Part shown: in pieces, positions 27,301-40,795 of the stretch
How the letters are laid out: each line of letters starts with the position of its first letter
Position numbering within the stretch: position 1 is the first letter of the stretch
Source of the DNA: Lama glama
Taxonomy: Eukaryota
NCBI GenBank assembly: GCA_028534125.1
Contig: CM052817.1
Span: 5,086,001 to 5,150,000, forward strand
Direction: 5' to 3'
Length of the DNA: 64,000 bases
Translations under genes and position numbers: made by a program
The notes under the pieces: generated by a model
The model's database searches: none
What the model was told of the DNA's origin: nothing
The model's input: the letters and a program-made list of their open reading frames with translations, nothing else

Positions 27301-28944
27301 AGATTGAAATGCATCCTGGTTCCCTTCCAGCCAAAAGAACAGGCTGTTCCGTGGTTCCCAGACTATGAAAGAGAGAGAACGTAGGGCCTGGTGTCCGATG
27401 GAAGCCGCTTGGCCGCCATTTTGTAAGACCAGGCCTGCTCACCTAGAGGGCAGAACCTGAGCGGGCTGGTGCAGGGGGAAGACTGCAGTGCTGGGGTCAG
27501 ACCGCCCTGGGCTTGGAACCCAAGCCTGTCACTTAGGAGTCGGGTGACTTGGGCAAGTTACTTAGTCCTCTTGGTTCCTACTGCAAATGGAGACAATACT
27601 ACTTGGCTCACAGAGCTGGTGGGAAAGTTAACAAAGATCAGCTTTGGACGACTGTGCAGATGGACAGGTTGCCTGTACCTTGTTGGCCACGTGTAACAGA
27701 ACCCAGAGCCCACTGCTCAGTAGTCTCAGAAGCCCAGCGGAGAGGAGAACAGCGAAGTATTGATGGAGGAATTCCTGGTGACTGCCCATTCTCCTAAACA
27801 TTTGGCATTCTAGCCCATCCCGTCCCCGCTCACTGAAGGTGCTCCTGCATTTTCATCCGGTGTGGTGCCAGACGCCTGCACGCAGGGATGCTATAGGAAA
27901 CAGCCACCTCGATTACTGTGAGGGCATTGCTGAGGACATGGGTCTCTGCCTCCCACTGTGTTAGCCTTCTGAAGCTCTGTAGGACCAGGAAGAGTTGTGT
28001 CACTCTCAGTCCAGTACCAGCTTATTAGCAACTGGTTTAGTTTCACCTTGTGGACACCCAGCATTATGTGCCCGGCCACATGTCCCTCTGCCCTGGATGC
28101 TGGTTGGCCAGAGCCGAACCTATGACCCACCTCTGCCAAGTCTCCTGAATCTCGCTGTCCACACGGTGGACCAGTTTCACCTTGCTTGCCTTGAATTTTT
28201 TCCTGCCTTCATTTCCTCTTTGACTTGATTGTTTTTCCCTCAGCTTTCTCTTTGACCAACTTGGATTTTGAGTATTTGTAAGCCACTCTAGATCCTTGAG
28301 GGACAGTCGGAGATGGATTGTTAGACACTAACTAGACAGGAGGTGGATAGAGAAATCAACATGGCACGTGCCACACGGCAGGCGGTACCCAGTGTGTGCA
28401 AACAAACATCGCTCCCTGCCCTTTCCTTTATGTGATGCAAGCCACACTGACACTGGCAGATGAGGGCCAAAAATGGCTTTTCATCCACAGACCAAGGATC
28501 TGGTACACCTTTAGGGGTGTCCTGCTCATGGCTGTGGACCTGGGCTTCCTTGGTTTCACCCGGTGTCATCCTGAGATGTCCCGGTGGATATTGTGTGAGC
28601 TCGGGCACTGTCTTATCCATGCCTCCCTTCTCTTAGGTGACGTTTCGTCCATCAGCAAGTGTCCTTGAACCTCCACATGGATGATCATCTGCTCTGTGTC
28701 TGGTTTTACTCTCTGCACAGAGCGGTGGCAAGGGGGCCACCCAGGGGAACGTGGGAGTTTGCAGGCAGCTGAGGCCAGGCCTGATGTGGAAACCCCACCT
28801 CTGTGGACTCATGGGGAGAGTATGTGGAACTGAGCATCCCTGGGGGAACCCCCTACCACAGCCCATCTCTCCTGTTACACCGACTGCTTCCTGGTGGGGG
28901 GAGGGGGGACTGGGCATGTTGGAAGGATCCCAGCTAGCAGGGAC

Positions 28945-29090
28945 ACTCTTCAGTAAACATTTACTGAGCACCTACTACGTGCCAGGGCACTAGGGAGTGA
29001 GCACTGAACAAGACAGGTCCAGGTCCTGCCCTCATGGAGCTTACACTCCAAGTGTGTGTGGAGGGTCAGGGGGAAACAGGAAGCGAGCAA
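28945..29090 (-). mobile_element. L2 3' fragment
   Basis: aaacatttactgagcacctactacgtgccagg...gtcctgccctcatggagcttac. Confidence 0.7.
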
Positions 29091-30449
29091 CAAATTAATA
29101 CCTAAGCTAGAAAACAATGGTTCTAAGGGTGAGGCCAGATTAAAACGGGTGGTTGAGACAGTGACCAAGCAGATGCTCCAATGTCAGAGTTGCAAGCAGA
29201 AAGGAGGCATTTCTGGAGGGATAACCGGAGAGGAGCCTCAAGATGTGGTCCAGATTGTGAAACAGAGGTCACCAGAGTGGAGGAATGACGCAGCCAGGGT
29301 GGGAGGAAGGATCGTTGGCCGGGAGGTTAAAGTCTACAGTTTTCTGTCATCCGGAGAGGAGAAAATAGTCACTGGCCCCGTGTGAAGAGTGGAAAATGTC
29401 GAGGACATACTGCAGTGATTTGCAGCTGCACACAATGCACGCTCGTGAGACAGCTCCCTGGACACACCGCCCTGCCCACCCCCAAGACGACGACTTTGAG
29501 AAGCCTTCCTACTGTGCGCACAGCCCGTCAGCTCCCCCAGCGCTGCCAAACAGCTGTCAGCTGGTAACGGAACCACATGTTTCCACGAGTCAAATCGCCC
29601 AGCTCTCTTCTTGAGTGGAAGCAAATCTTGATTTCAGCCCAGAAAGGGATGGACAGACAGGAGGTCAGGGAAGCAGGCAGTTTGATCACCTGGCCGTTGT
29701 CCGTGTACAAATAGACAAATCAACTTCTGTGGCTAACTCTCTAAGCTTGGATATATCCACATCTGTAACTCTGAAACATTCGATTACAGTTCGAGAAAAT
29801 CATAGTCCACGCTAGCTTGTAGCTAGGAGAAAGTGCGCATTTCAGATTGAATGATGGCCCCAAAATGGACTTCTAGAGGTCGACAGAGTCAGGGAGCTCT
29901 GATGGAAGGTGCCAGGGCATGGCTGCTCTTTCTGGCTCTTCCGATTACCAATTTCGAGACCTTAGAATAATCCCTTCACTCCTCTGGGGACAATGTGACT
30001 CCCCCATTCTACAGTTGCTGTGTGGTTCATTCGAGTCAAAAAGATTTGACGGTGCTCTGTAATCTGTAAAGTGCCAAGGAATAAAATCGATGTTTATTTA
30101 ACAGCGAGACACAACTTGTGAGTCAAAATATTTTCCTTGGCCCAGCTCAATCCCTCTGGTCACTCTGTCCTATTTTCCTGGTCAACCTTTGACTGGTTTC
30201 ATTTCATTTTAGGATTTGGGGGGACCAAAGAGAAAAATGCTAGGGAAGAGGCTGATTTTAAAAGGCTAGAGAACTAAATAATATGAACTCAGAGATAAAC
30301 TGTAGTCAATGCTGACAGTGGTCAGCTGGACCCCATTCACTGGGTGGGCATCCATCCCTCTTCTACAGTAATGGTGGCTGCTAGTGACTCTCAGCTGCCC
30401 CTTCCCTGGAACACTGCTGTTTGCTCTCTGGAATATATTTGAGGAGTTA

Positions 30450-33400
30450 CACCCTGTCCTCATGCTGGCCAGGGTCTGTGTGCAGCCAATTTCTGACTAA
30501 TATGTATATACAAAGTCTCATCCACCTTGCCTCAAAATGAGACACTCCAGAACTCCCCGTGGGATCAAGCCAAGGTTAGACTTGAGCTGAATCCACATCT
30601 TTGCCAAGTTGCGTCCCTGGCTCTGGTCTGCTGTTCTCACTCTTACAGACGTCATCTGAAAATGTTCTGTCAACATGTCAGTTGCACAAGAGTCCCTATC
30701 ATGGGCTCTGATCCCAGGGAACCCAACTGAACACATTTGGTACCAACACGAGTCCTGAGAAACAGATCCTCAAGACAGAATCGAGAGCTGGGGCTCTTGC
30801 CAGCCAGTTGGTGATGAGGACCCCATCACTGGTAGTCAGGGGAGCCCCCAGCCTGCAGTGGGTAGCAGGAAGGTTGCTGAGAATTTTGCCCGAGTTAATT
30901 GGGATATTTGCAGGCGCAGGGAAGATGCATTAGCCTGTGCGATGTCTCTGAAGTTTGGGAGATAGAGGAGAAACAGTAACTGAAAGATCTGTGCAGTTGA
31001 GTGACTGTTGCTTAGCACCAGTGATGAACTGAAGGCAGGGAGCAACAGGCTAAGCCTGATTAACCACCAATTCACAGTCAAGTGTGGGAGTCGGAGGATC
31101 CTCGTGGCTATGGTTTAGAGCCTTTTATCTGTGCAGCTGGAGGGCAGACGAACTTAATTGTTGGGTGGCAGAACTTCACGGAAGGTGGAATTCTCAACCC
31201 GGGCGAGTCTCCTATGCCAATGTCAGGGCAATGAGAAGGACAGAGGAGACTCTTGAGACTTGGGCTGGAGACCCCTGAGTAGGTGCACCTGAGAAGTCTG
31301 AGATTCCCTTGGACCCTCTGACCCTGGAGCGGGGCCCATTCCCCTCATTAGAAGGTCCTGGGGGTCCCCTGCTTGAAGCCTATACTGAAGCTTCAAGAGA
31401 AGGGGATGCCTTACAAGATGAAACTCCCTCACTTCCCTTCCAGCCGTCAGACCAACAGTTAGGGTCAAGCTCAGTGTGACCTTCAACTGGGGAAGTGCTG
31501 AGTCTTCTAAGGGAGGAGAAGGATGACGTGTCCCCAGAGAGTTTCAGCACTGGCTCACGTGTACCAGCAGGAAGCTGAGAGTCCCCTCTGGAGTGGACCT
31601 GAGGGTACTGGGTCAAGGAGGTAGAATACAAAGCTGGCAGGGGGAGGAGGGTGTAGCTCAGTGGTACAGCATGTGCTTAGCATGCACAAGGTCCTGGATT
31701 CAATCTAAAAAGAACAAATAAATAAACCTAATTACCTCCCCCTCCCAAAATAAATAAATAAATGGAATAAAAAAATTTTTAAAAGCTGGGTGAGGGGTAT
31801 TTTGCTGGGGGCACTCTCCCAATATACAAGGCCTTAGTATCTTGACAAAGGGACCCAGGAAATGGTTCTAAAATGCTGTTCTGAGAAGCTGTGAAAAAGC
31901 GACGTACCTCATTATATGAAGTAGAGATGTCAGACTGTGACAGAAGGTTCTGGAAGAAGGGATCAAAAGACTGAGAGAAGAGGGCATGCTATATTGGATC
32001 TACATATCAGAGCAGAGAACCCACTGGCTGACTCTGTTCTCCAGAAAGGCTTGAAGAAGCCTGCACTTACCAGGGCCGTATGAAATGCCTGGGGAGAGGG
32101 GGAGACGCATCACTGAGGAGCTCCTCCGCGGCCCGCCTCGGTAATCTGGGGCTGGTGGGAGCAGAGGCTGTTATAAACTGAGCTGCCCAGCAGCAAGGAG
32201 GATGGGGTGACCCCCACACAGCAGAGGAGAGGTAGCTGCAATTTACTGTCCAAAACAGGGTGCGCATGGTTACCCTAGACAGGCCATCAGGGACCCCTAG
32301 CCCACAAATATCTAGGGACGTGTCTAATAGAACACAGTGTTCCTGAAGTAAGAAGGCTAGGAAGCCAAAAAAGAAACTCATCAATTAATTAATTAATATA
32401 AAATCAAAAGAGATGAAGCCAAAAGATGAGCAGAAGGCTTGTGTCAGCCATTACGACTTAGAAAAAGCCATCATTCTTTGCCAATTTTTAAGAATGAATT
32501 TTCAAGTTTCCATTGATTGAAGAAACAGCTTGAGTCTCCAGCAGGAAGGACCTTGTACCACTCTAGGAATGATTTCCTGAGATCGTCTCAAAAAGAACCT
32601 ATGGCCATTTGTGTGACTAATTGTACACTGGAGGAAAGAAATACCCCTAGCTTTTGAAGATTGTTGGATATAGAGTCTGAGTTGATGATGAGAAGTGCCA
32701 AGGTACCATCATGGCGTTCCAATGAGGGCAGAGGACGTGACAGTCAGGCCTGGCCTCTGGGAAAATCGAATGAATCATGGCAGAGGACAGTGGATTACCA
32801 CGAACTTAACCAATTAATTGCTCCACCTGCAGCTGCTACTCCAGACATTGTATCTTTACTGGAGCAGATTTAATCCGATACATAGGACGTGGCTCTTGAC
32901 ATGCAGAAGGCATTGTCTGTGATGCCCGCTACGAAGACGGATGGGGAACAGCATGTGGTCACATGGCATGGGCAGCAGTCTACACTCACAGCTTTTCTAG
33001 GTGAACTTCCCACTTTCTGTCCCAACATAGGTTGATCCTAGACCATCTGGATGTCCCTCAGATTACCACTGGACCCAAAGCATTGGTAAGATACATGAGC
33101 TCCCAAGGGCTGGGGGCAGCATATGGATGAAGTTTTCAGGGATCCAGTGCTCCGGGGCATGCTGGGATAGCCCCTCCAGAAAGGGACAGCTGTGGCACCT
33201 TTCACCTTCGACCAGTAGGGCAAAAGCACGGCTACTGGTAGACCCCTTTGGGTTCTGAGGTCGGTATATTCCACACTTGGCAATACTGCTTCACCGACTT
33301 CTCAGGTGATACAAAGGCTTCTAGCTCTGAGAGGGACCCAGGGCAAGGAACAGCTTGGCCGCAGGCCCAGTGAGGCCAGCCGGGGGCCTGCGGTTCTAGG

Positions 33401-33790
33401 GCGGCTGCTGCAGGAAGAAGCCACGGCGGGTCTCCAGCTGGAAGCTCCAGCTCAAAAGTCGCAGTGCAGACTCCCAGGTTCTGGAGCGAGGCTATGTCAT
33501 CAGCAGGAGGACCCTTGGGACCCTTTGGAAAGTAGATCCTACCAGACTAATGCATCGTGGTGCAGCATCTGACTTTAGAATATCACGTGACCACACAGTG
33601 GCCGTGTCCATCGCGTGCCAGGCATTGTCCGATTCATTAAGCCACGTGGTCAGGAGTGCCCAGCAGGCCCCCGTAAGCCACCCTTTGTAAGGTGGACGGG
33701 CACAGTGGAGACTGGGCTTAAGCAAGTCTAGAGGGTATCAGTACGCTGAAGAAAGAGGCGGCACAGGCCCATGGCACTCTCTGCCCACAC
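30450..33790 (+). mobile_element. Decayed ERVL-class provirus (LTR16-like LTR + ERV3-16A3-like internal region)
   Basis: LTR-like end ...ggctctgatcccagggaacccaactgaacaca|tttggtacc at ~30735. ORF 32661-32873 contains WQRTVDYHELNQLIAPPAAATPDIVSLLEQI, an ERVL reverse-transcriptase motif (cf. WRMTVDYRKLNQVVTPIAAAVPDVVSLLEQI). Heavily disrupted. Confidence 0.7.
31639..31781 (+). mobile_element. Vic-1-like SINE nested in the ERVL
   Basis: SINE head and tail, with aaagctgg repeated on both sides. Confidence 0.85.
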
Positions 33791-34837
33791 CTGCTATTCA
33801 TGAGTGTCCCCTAGGATGGATGGAGGACAGGGAAGCTGACGTCAGCTCAAGACCTTTGTGGGGACAAAGGCCGCTGCACCCAGCCTCCCTCCAGATGGCC
33901 CTGAGGACAGAGCCGAGGAAACTCGATCAATCAGCAGTGCCGCAGAGGTGCCTGCAGAAGGGCCAGGGGCAATGCAGTGCCTCGGGGCCCCAGGACACAG
34001 GGAGTCCGGTGATCGCCAGGGGCTCCAAAGACATGGATGGGGGCAGGGGCTCGGAGGGGAGCCACTAGGATTCAAACCTGGCTTTGTTGCTCCTCAGCTG
34101 TGTGACTCAGGCACCACCCAGCAGTGTGAGGAATTAACAGCTCAGGGGTTAACCTTGGCCAAGGGGAGTCAGGAGCCAATGGAAAGTCGCTTTGCTCTCT
34201 CTCCCCTGAAAGATCCTTCTGAGGTGATTCTCACAGAACAGTTGGAGGAGGTCGGGTCAACAGGCACCCAGAGTGGGGCCAGTGCGTCCTGCTGCCCAGC
34301 TTCACACGCTGCCCCCACCCCTGCCCCCAGGACCGTGCTTCTCGGCAAAGTCCTCACGCAGAGGTCTTTGTCTCAGATGCTGCTTTCTGGGGCTCCAGGC
34401 TAAGGCAGGACTCACACACGGTTGTAAAGCAGAGACTGCGTTACATTCATCTCTACGTCTTGCTGCCAGTGTTCTTCACAGAGAAAGCCAGTAAATAACC
34501 TCGTATTAAATAAGACCCCGATGAGGCCATTTTAACAAGCGACCTTTGTTTAGTGACTTCAAGAGGAAGAAGTTTATTTTTTTCTCATGTGAGCATCAGG
34601 GTAGAGAGTCCAGGGCTGGTGAGGGGTCAGGAGCCAGGACCGTTCTGTCCTGTTTTCTGCCATCACGATGGCGTGGTCAGCGCTTGCTCCCGTCACCTTT
34701 CTGCTGGAGGAAAGAGGGAGGAGGGATGGGAGGGCACGCCCACTCCTTATGAGGACAGTCACAGCTGCTAGACCAGATTTGGTCACGTGGTCATTCTTCC
34801 TGCAAGAGGTGTTGAGAAGATTGCTTTTACGGAGATT

Positions 34838-34980
34838 AAAAAAACAACAGACAAAAGTCAATCAAACCAAGAGCTGGATTTTTGAAAGAGTAAACAAAAT
34901 CGACAAACCTCTGGCCAGGCTCACCAAGCAGGAAAGAGAGAGCACACAAATAAACAAAATGAGAAATGAAAATGGAAGAA
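34838..34980 (+). mobile_element. Internal LINE-1 ORF2 fragment
   Basis: Translates KVNQTKSWIFERVNKIDKPLARLTKQERESTQINKMRNENG, matching L1 ORF2 between the endonuclease and RT domains. Confidence 0.85.
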
Positions 34981-35464
34981 GCAAATGTCTCTTGCTTAAG
35001 CCCCAGGTTTTGGAAATTTGGTTGAGCTGCCTAAGACACCAGCCAACACTGGGGGACCCCATCCCCAGAGGGGGTCAGAGAGGATGGAAGCTGGGAAATA
35101 GGAGCATCCTCTGACACAGACGAAACTTCCTCCTGGAATCCACAACTGCACACCCCTCCCACAGAAAACAAACCAGCGTCTGATGGGAATACACTGAACA
35201 CGAGTGACATTGATTTAGGCCTTCCTGGGAGTAGAGACCCGGCTAAGATTTTTACATTCAGGATCAACTGGAAACTTCAGAACAGTTCTACGAGGCTGGG
35301 GCTCTCTCATCCCCATTTTACAGATGAGATAAAGGAGGCTTAGGGTGCTAACAACTCTTCCAGGAAGTGCCACAGTTGGAATTTGACCCAAAGCATAGCT
35401 TTCAGAGCCAATGCTTTTGATCCCCACGTCACATTGACTCCCTTGACTCCCTTCTGATCCTTTC

Positions 35465-35995
35465 TGGAACTTAATGGGGAACAAACTCTAGGGTGGCCCT
35501 GTGACCTAATGTTCGTGCTCTAATGTGAGCCCCTCTCTTCAGGGGTGGGCAGGACCCATGATATGCTGCTGGACATACGGACTGTGGAGAAGATTATGGA
35601 CGTGTGGGGTTAGGCATGTGTGATTACATGACCTAGGACTGACGTCTGTCTTGCTGGGTGTGAAGGAGCTGGCTGCCTTGTTGTAAGCTGCCCTATGGAG
35701 AGGGCCACATGGCAGTGACCTGTGGCAGCCTCAGCCTCCAGCCAAAAAGAAAGTGGGCCTTCAGTCCAGCAGTCTGCAAGGAACTGCCGACAACAACGCG
35801 AGCTTGGAAGCGGATGCCCTCCCCAGTCAAGCCTTGGGTGAGACCACCCCAGTCAACACCTGGCCACAAGATCCAGGGCAGAGGACTCAGCCAAGCCACA
35901 CCCAGACTCCCAGCCCACAGAAGCTATGAGATGATCAATGGGAGACTGATTAAGCTGCTAGTTTAAGTGAGTTGGTACTACATAACTAATACTGT
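35465..35995 (+). mobile_element. MLT1-type LTR
   Basis: gagctgccctatggagagggccacatggc...cccagactcccagcccacagaagctatgagat...ttaagctgctagttt pattern. Confidence 0.7.
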
Positions 35996-36049
35996 CTTAG
36001 TTCCCCTCTGGAAAAAGGCAAATACACACAGGAAGGAAGCCCTTCCCTT

Positions 36050-36495
36050 TCTGTATTAGTTTTCACAAAATGCCACCAAATTCCTGGAACTTTGAAATAG
36101 CACAAAGTTATTCTCTAACAGTTTGGTGATCAGAAGTTCAAAATCAGTCTCCCTGGCTCCTTCTGAAGGCCTTCAGGCAGACTCTGTCTCCTTGTTTTTT
36201 CAGCTTCTAGAGGCTGTCATGTTTCTTGGCCATGACCCATTCCTACATCTTCAGGATGATCAGCTTTTATCAAAACCTTCTCAGGCTGCCATCTCTCTTC
36301 TGCCTCCCTCTTCCACTCTAGAGAGCCTTATGATTACACTGGACCGCTGCTAATCCAAGGTAATCTCGAGGACATTAAGGACCTTAATACCATCTGTCAT
36401 CGTAACTCCTCATCTTAATGCTGTGAAACCTGACATGGTCACAGATTCTGGGGACTAGAACGTGGACCTCTCTGGGCACTTTTATGCTGCTTAGT
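36050..36495 (-). mobile_element. MLT1-type LTR
   Basis: tgtattagtt...cagaagttcaaaatcagtctc...ggtcacagattctggggactagaacgtggac pattern. Confidence 0.6.
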
Positions 36496-38904
36496 GTGAT
36501 ATGATACACCCAGTGCTAGCACTAAAAAGATCATTTCATTTAGTCCTCAGAACAACCAAATAAAGTAAGTAGTATTATAATTCCCATTTTACAGATGAGA
36601 AGGAAGGGCAGCGAGGGTTTATGCAATCTCCCCAAAGTCCCACAGCTTGTAGTTCAAACCAGAAAATTTAGATTCAAAGCCCACCCTCTTGGCCACATCG
36701 CTTCCCATGAAATGCCCACTGTGTGTCAGACACTGTGCTACATACATGTTGATATAAAGAAACCCTTAACTCTCAAGCTGGCAATGGGAAGAGAATCTCC
36801 ATTGCGGGATGGGGTGGGGCCGTCACAGTCCCAATGCTCCTTTCTTTGTGGACATCGTGCTGCTGGCTGCTGCTACCATGATCCACCTTTCTGGTCTGGG
36901 AGAGGCTGGGTGGTCCCCCTTAGACATGCTCCCTGAGCCCAGATGAAGGGCCAACAGCTGCACATTTCCCTGAAGCCCACCTACAAGAGGGGACAATCAT
37001 GCCCGGGACAGTCAGATGGAGGCGTTGTACTTACAGAACTTCTCTCAAGAGTAGACTGCCTGGAAAGAATTCCCACGTAGGCTGGAGAATAAGACCTCCC
37101 CCACCTCCAGAGGCAGACTTGACGATCAGTGGAACGGCTGCTAAACTCTAGTCTAAGTAGGGAGGTCCCAGTTAACTGCAGAAGTTTCATTTTACTCCAT
37201 GAAACCTGCAAGTCTGGGCCAGAGCAGAATTGTTACGACAGCGGAGGAGATGCTGAACTGCCACCAGGGGTCCTCCTTCTCCACGCCTGCCACCCCCTCC
37301 CCACAAACATGAAATTAAGTACTTAGGGAGCATCGCTGGAGAAGAAAATTGTTAGCCTGCTCAGGGGTCCCACACATTTCCACCCACTTCACAGAGATTC
37401 TTCCCTTGAATGTCCCAGAGGAGATTTCTATCCTGATTTTTTTCCCCTAGAGGCCAGAGGATTCCAAAATGGGAATAAATATGGAGAGTGACATACAAAT
37501 ATTCAGCAAGCTATGCCATCCTGGCTTCTGACCTGCTTCCATCTTAGTACCCACAGCCCAGACGCTGCCCTGCCAGCTCCCCCTGCCTGTTGTGAACGCT
37601 AATCGAAGAGATACAGGCAGTCTCCTCCCTCCCTTGCCCAAGGCTCACCCACTAAGGTCCAGCTTCCCGGCTGAGGACCCAGCTCACACCACATACACAC
37701 CAGAAAGAGGGAGCATAGAATTCACAGGGCTCCTCCCCACACTAACTTAGGGAAGTACCATCGCTCTTTGTATGGAGCAGAAACTGAGGACAAGGAGATG
37801 CTGTGATTTGCCCAAGCCATGATGCCATGGGTAGCAGTCATGGTTTGATCAAGCGTCTTCAGGCTGAAGAAACCTCATGGCCTCCCCATCATAAAATTTA
37901 AAAAAAGAATAAGCACACATAATTTTTCTTGGCCTCGCTGCCCCAAACCCTGCTCATGTCACTACTTAATATTCAAATGTGCAGAATTTCCATGCTGGAG
38001 AATAAAAAAATTAAAAGATTTTCCCTAGAAGGCCTCGGAGCTTGATTTCTCACAAATGGCCCCAAGGATGGAAAAAGCCTCCCAAATTGAGACTGGCAGG
38101 AAAGCAGGGTCCATTTTGTCTGATATTTCTTCTCTCCTATCTTGGCACCAGTAGGCTTGGCTTGCGCCAATGGAAAATTCCCAAGTGCCAAGCAGTTCTC
38201 AGATAAACTGCACGCCAAAAAAAAAAAAAAAAAAAAAGAAGAAGCCTTTCAACTAAGACAGCTCATGAAAGATTAAGGCAGGGCTCCAGCCAAATCGTGT
38301 TTTTTTCAGATTCCTGACATCTTTTTTATGTCAATCAGGAGGTTTGCAGCCAGCCTCAGCCTGTCACTGAGACCAGCACTGGGTCACACCAGAACCTGGA
38401 TTTAGGGTTCCAGATGGCCCTAGACTTGGGGTTTGGCAATTCCCCGTGGGGAGGAATGGGGGCTGCCTTGAGGGCCGGGGAGGAGCAGAGATCCAGGAGA
38501 GGAGGGGCTCAAGCTCAGAGACCATCAAACCAAAATGACAGTGGCCCTGGGCCTGCTGGGGAGCTCAGACTGGGTCAGACTGGAGAATGGACAGAGGTAG
38601 AGATTCAGAGAAGGTGGGAAAGAATGAGAGAGATAGAGAATAACAGGCAAAAGATGCTAGCTCATAGAGACAAGACAGAATATGTAATGCTCAATTCATA
38701 AGATAAAAGACTTTTTTTATCATGCATCATGCAATCTCCTATTAATAATGGGATTAGTGTGTTCATTTAGGCAACATTTATTAAGCACCTAAGTGTCAGG
38801 CATGGTGTAGACATGGAGAATTCTACAGTGAGAACAGCCACAGTGGCGGCTGCGAGGGGTTTTCATCCTGAGAGTAAAGACACGCATTAAGAACAACAGT
38901 GACG

Positions 38905-39310
38905 GAAAGTTGGTTTTCTAGGTCTGCAAGTCTGTCTCTGTTTTGTAAGTAAGTTCATTTGTGTCACTTTTTTTAGATTCCACTTAAAAGTGGTATCATA
39001 TGGTATTTTTCTGTCTCTTTCTGGCTTACTTCACTCAGTATGACAATCTCAATACCGGCGGGAAAACGGGGTTGGAAGGGACAAATTGGGAGTTCGAGAT
39101 TTGCAGATACTAATTATTATGTATAAAATAGATAAACAACAAGTTTCTACTGTACAGCACAGGGAACTCTCTTCAATAGCTTGTAGGAACCTATAATGAA
39201 AAAGAGTATGAAAAGCAATATATACATATGTATCTGTATGACTGAAAAGTGATGCTCTACACCAGAAATTGACACAACATTGTAACTGACTATACTGCAA
39301 TAAAAAAAAT
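38905..39310. mobile_element. 5'-inverted LINE-1 3' fragment
   Basis: Antisense L1 segment ~38905-39050 joined to a sense L1 3' end 39051-39310 with poly(A). A further short L1 tail lies at ~39396-39465. Confidence 0.8.
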
Positions 39311-40364
39311 TAATAACAGCCAAGGTTTTCATCTCGGCATCTGAGTTTTCTGATTTTGCTTGGCTCCTCCTTATAGTCGCTAGTTCCTTTTTACTTACTA
39401 TGCTGTACGTCAGAAACCAACACAACATTGTAAATCAACTATACTTTAATTGAAAATGAATAAATAGCAGTGACGTAACAGAGCTAAGTAGTGTTGACTG
39501 AGCTGCACGGGATGGGGACATCTGATGCTTATTGGACATTGATGGTTTTATAACATGTGTTCACCCAGGGCCACTGTTAATCTCTGAACAACCTCGCAAG
39601 GTAGGTATGACGGTTATAATCAGGGGTCATTCCACATCAGAGATGAAGAATTAGGTGCAGAGAAGGGAAGGAGTTGGCTGCTGGGGTCACACAGGGCAGC
39701 CCCGAGGGCAGGAGGGCCTTCCCCTGGGCTGAGATGCTCTCCCTTAGTGCAGGGTGGGGGGCTTCTGTTCCCAGGCAGATCCAGGTGGAGGTGCAGGTCC
39801 AACACAGCTGGGGCTGGCCAACGCCACTGTGTGGGGAGGCTGCCTACCTGGGACCCCCACTCTTAGGCTTTTGCTCACCGCATGACATTAGCAAGTCACT
39901 GCCTGTTCTGGGCTCGTCTCAGTTAACAGGGTTGGGTTCCTGTGGACCCTTCCAACCATGACTTTCTCTGAGGTCAAGAACAGGCCAAGACTTCATCTGG
40001 GCCCTACCTCATCGCTCCTGGACACTGGGGATGCCAAGGCTGATTTCAGAGCCCTGATTCTTCAGGGACTGTGTTAGCTGAGTCATGCACAGAATCTTAC
40101 TTAAAACGCCCTTGCCTGAGCCCCCTGCCAGGGGAGGTAGCCTTGGGAGGAAAACCCGGTGGTTCCCATGTACACCCCACAGTGACGACTACAGGGTCTG
40201 CAAGAAATGAACACCAAGGAAAGAAAGTACAAAGAAGCATCAGCCCGAGGTTTGTGTGCCGGCCTCCAGACATCACGCCCTGACTCTTGAGGTGCCCATT
40301 CCCCGTACGCGGGAGAACCCGGAGATGCTCTGACACTTTCACTTTTAAAAACTTTTCTCAACGG

Positions 40365-40795
40365 CTTATGTTAGCGTCCTGTGGCTTCCATAACAAATAT
40401 TCACAAACTTGGTGGCTTTGAATAACAGAAATTTGTTCTTCCATGGTCTAGAGGTCAGAAGTCCAAACTCAAGGTGTCAGCAGGGCCTCTAGGAGAGGAT
40501 GCTACTTGTCTCTTCCAGCTCCTGGTGCCTGTGATTATTCCTGGGTGTGTGGTCACGTCACTCCAGTCCCTGCCCCTGTGGTCACATTGCATCCTCTATG
40601 TTCCTCCTCTATGTGCCTCCTCTAACGACACTTCTCTTTGGATTCAGGGTCCACACAGATCACCCAGCATGATCTCCTTATCTCAAGATCCTTAACTTAA
40701 TCACATCTGCAAAGACTAATTTTCCATATAAGATCACATTTTTCAGGTTCAGGGGTTAGGACATATCTTTTGGAGGGCTACCATTCAAACTGGAC
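40365..40795 (-). mobile_element. MLT1-type LTR
   Basis: cataacaaatattcacaaacttggtggcttt...tctcaagatccttaacttaatcacatctgcaaagac pattern. Confidence 0.75.
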
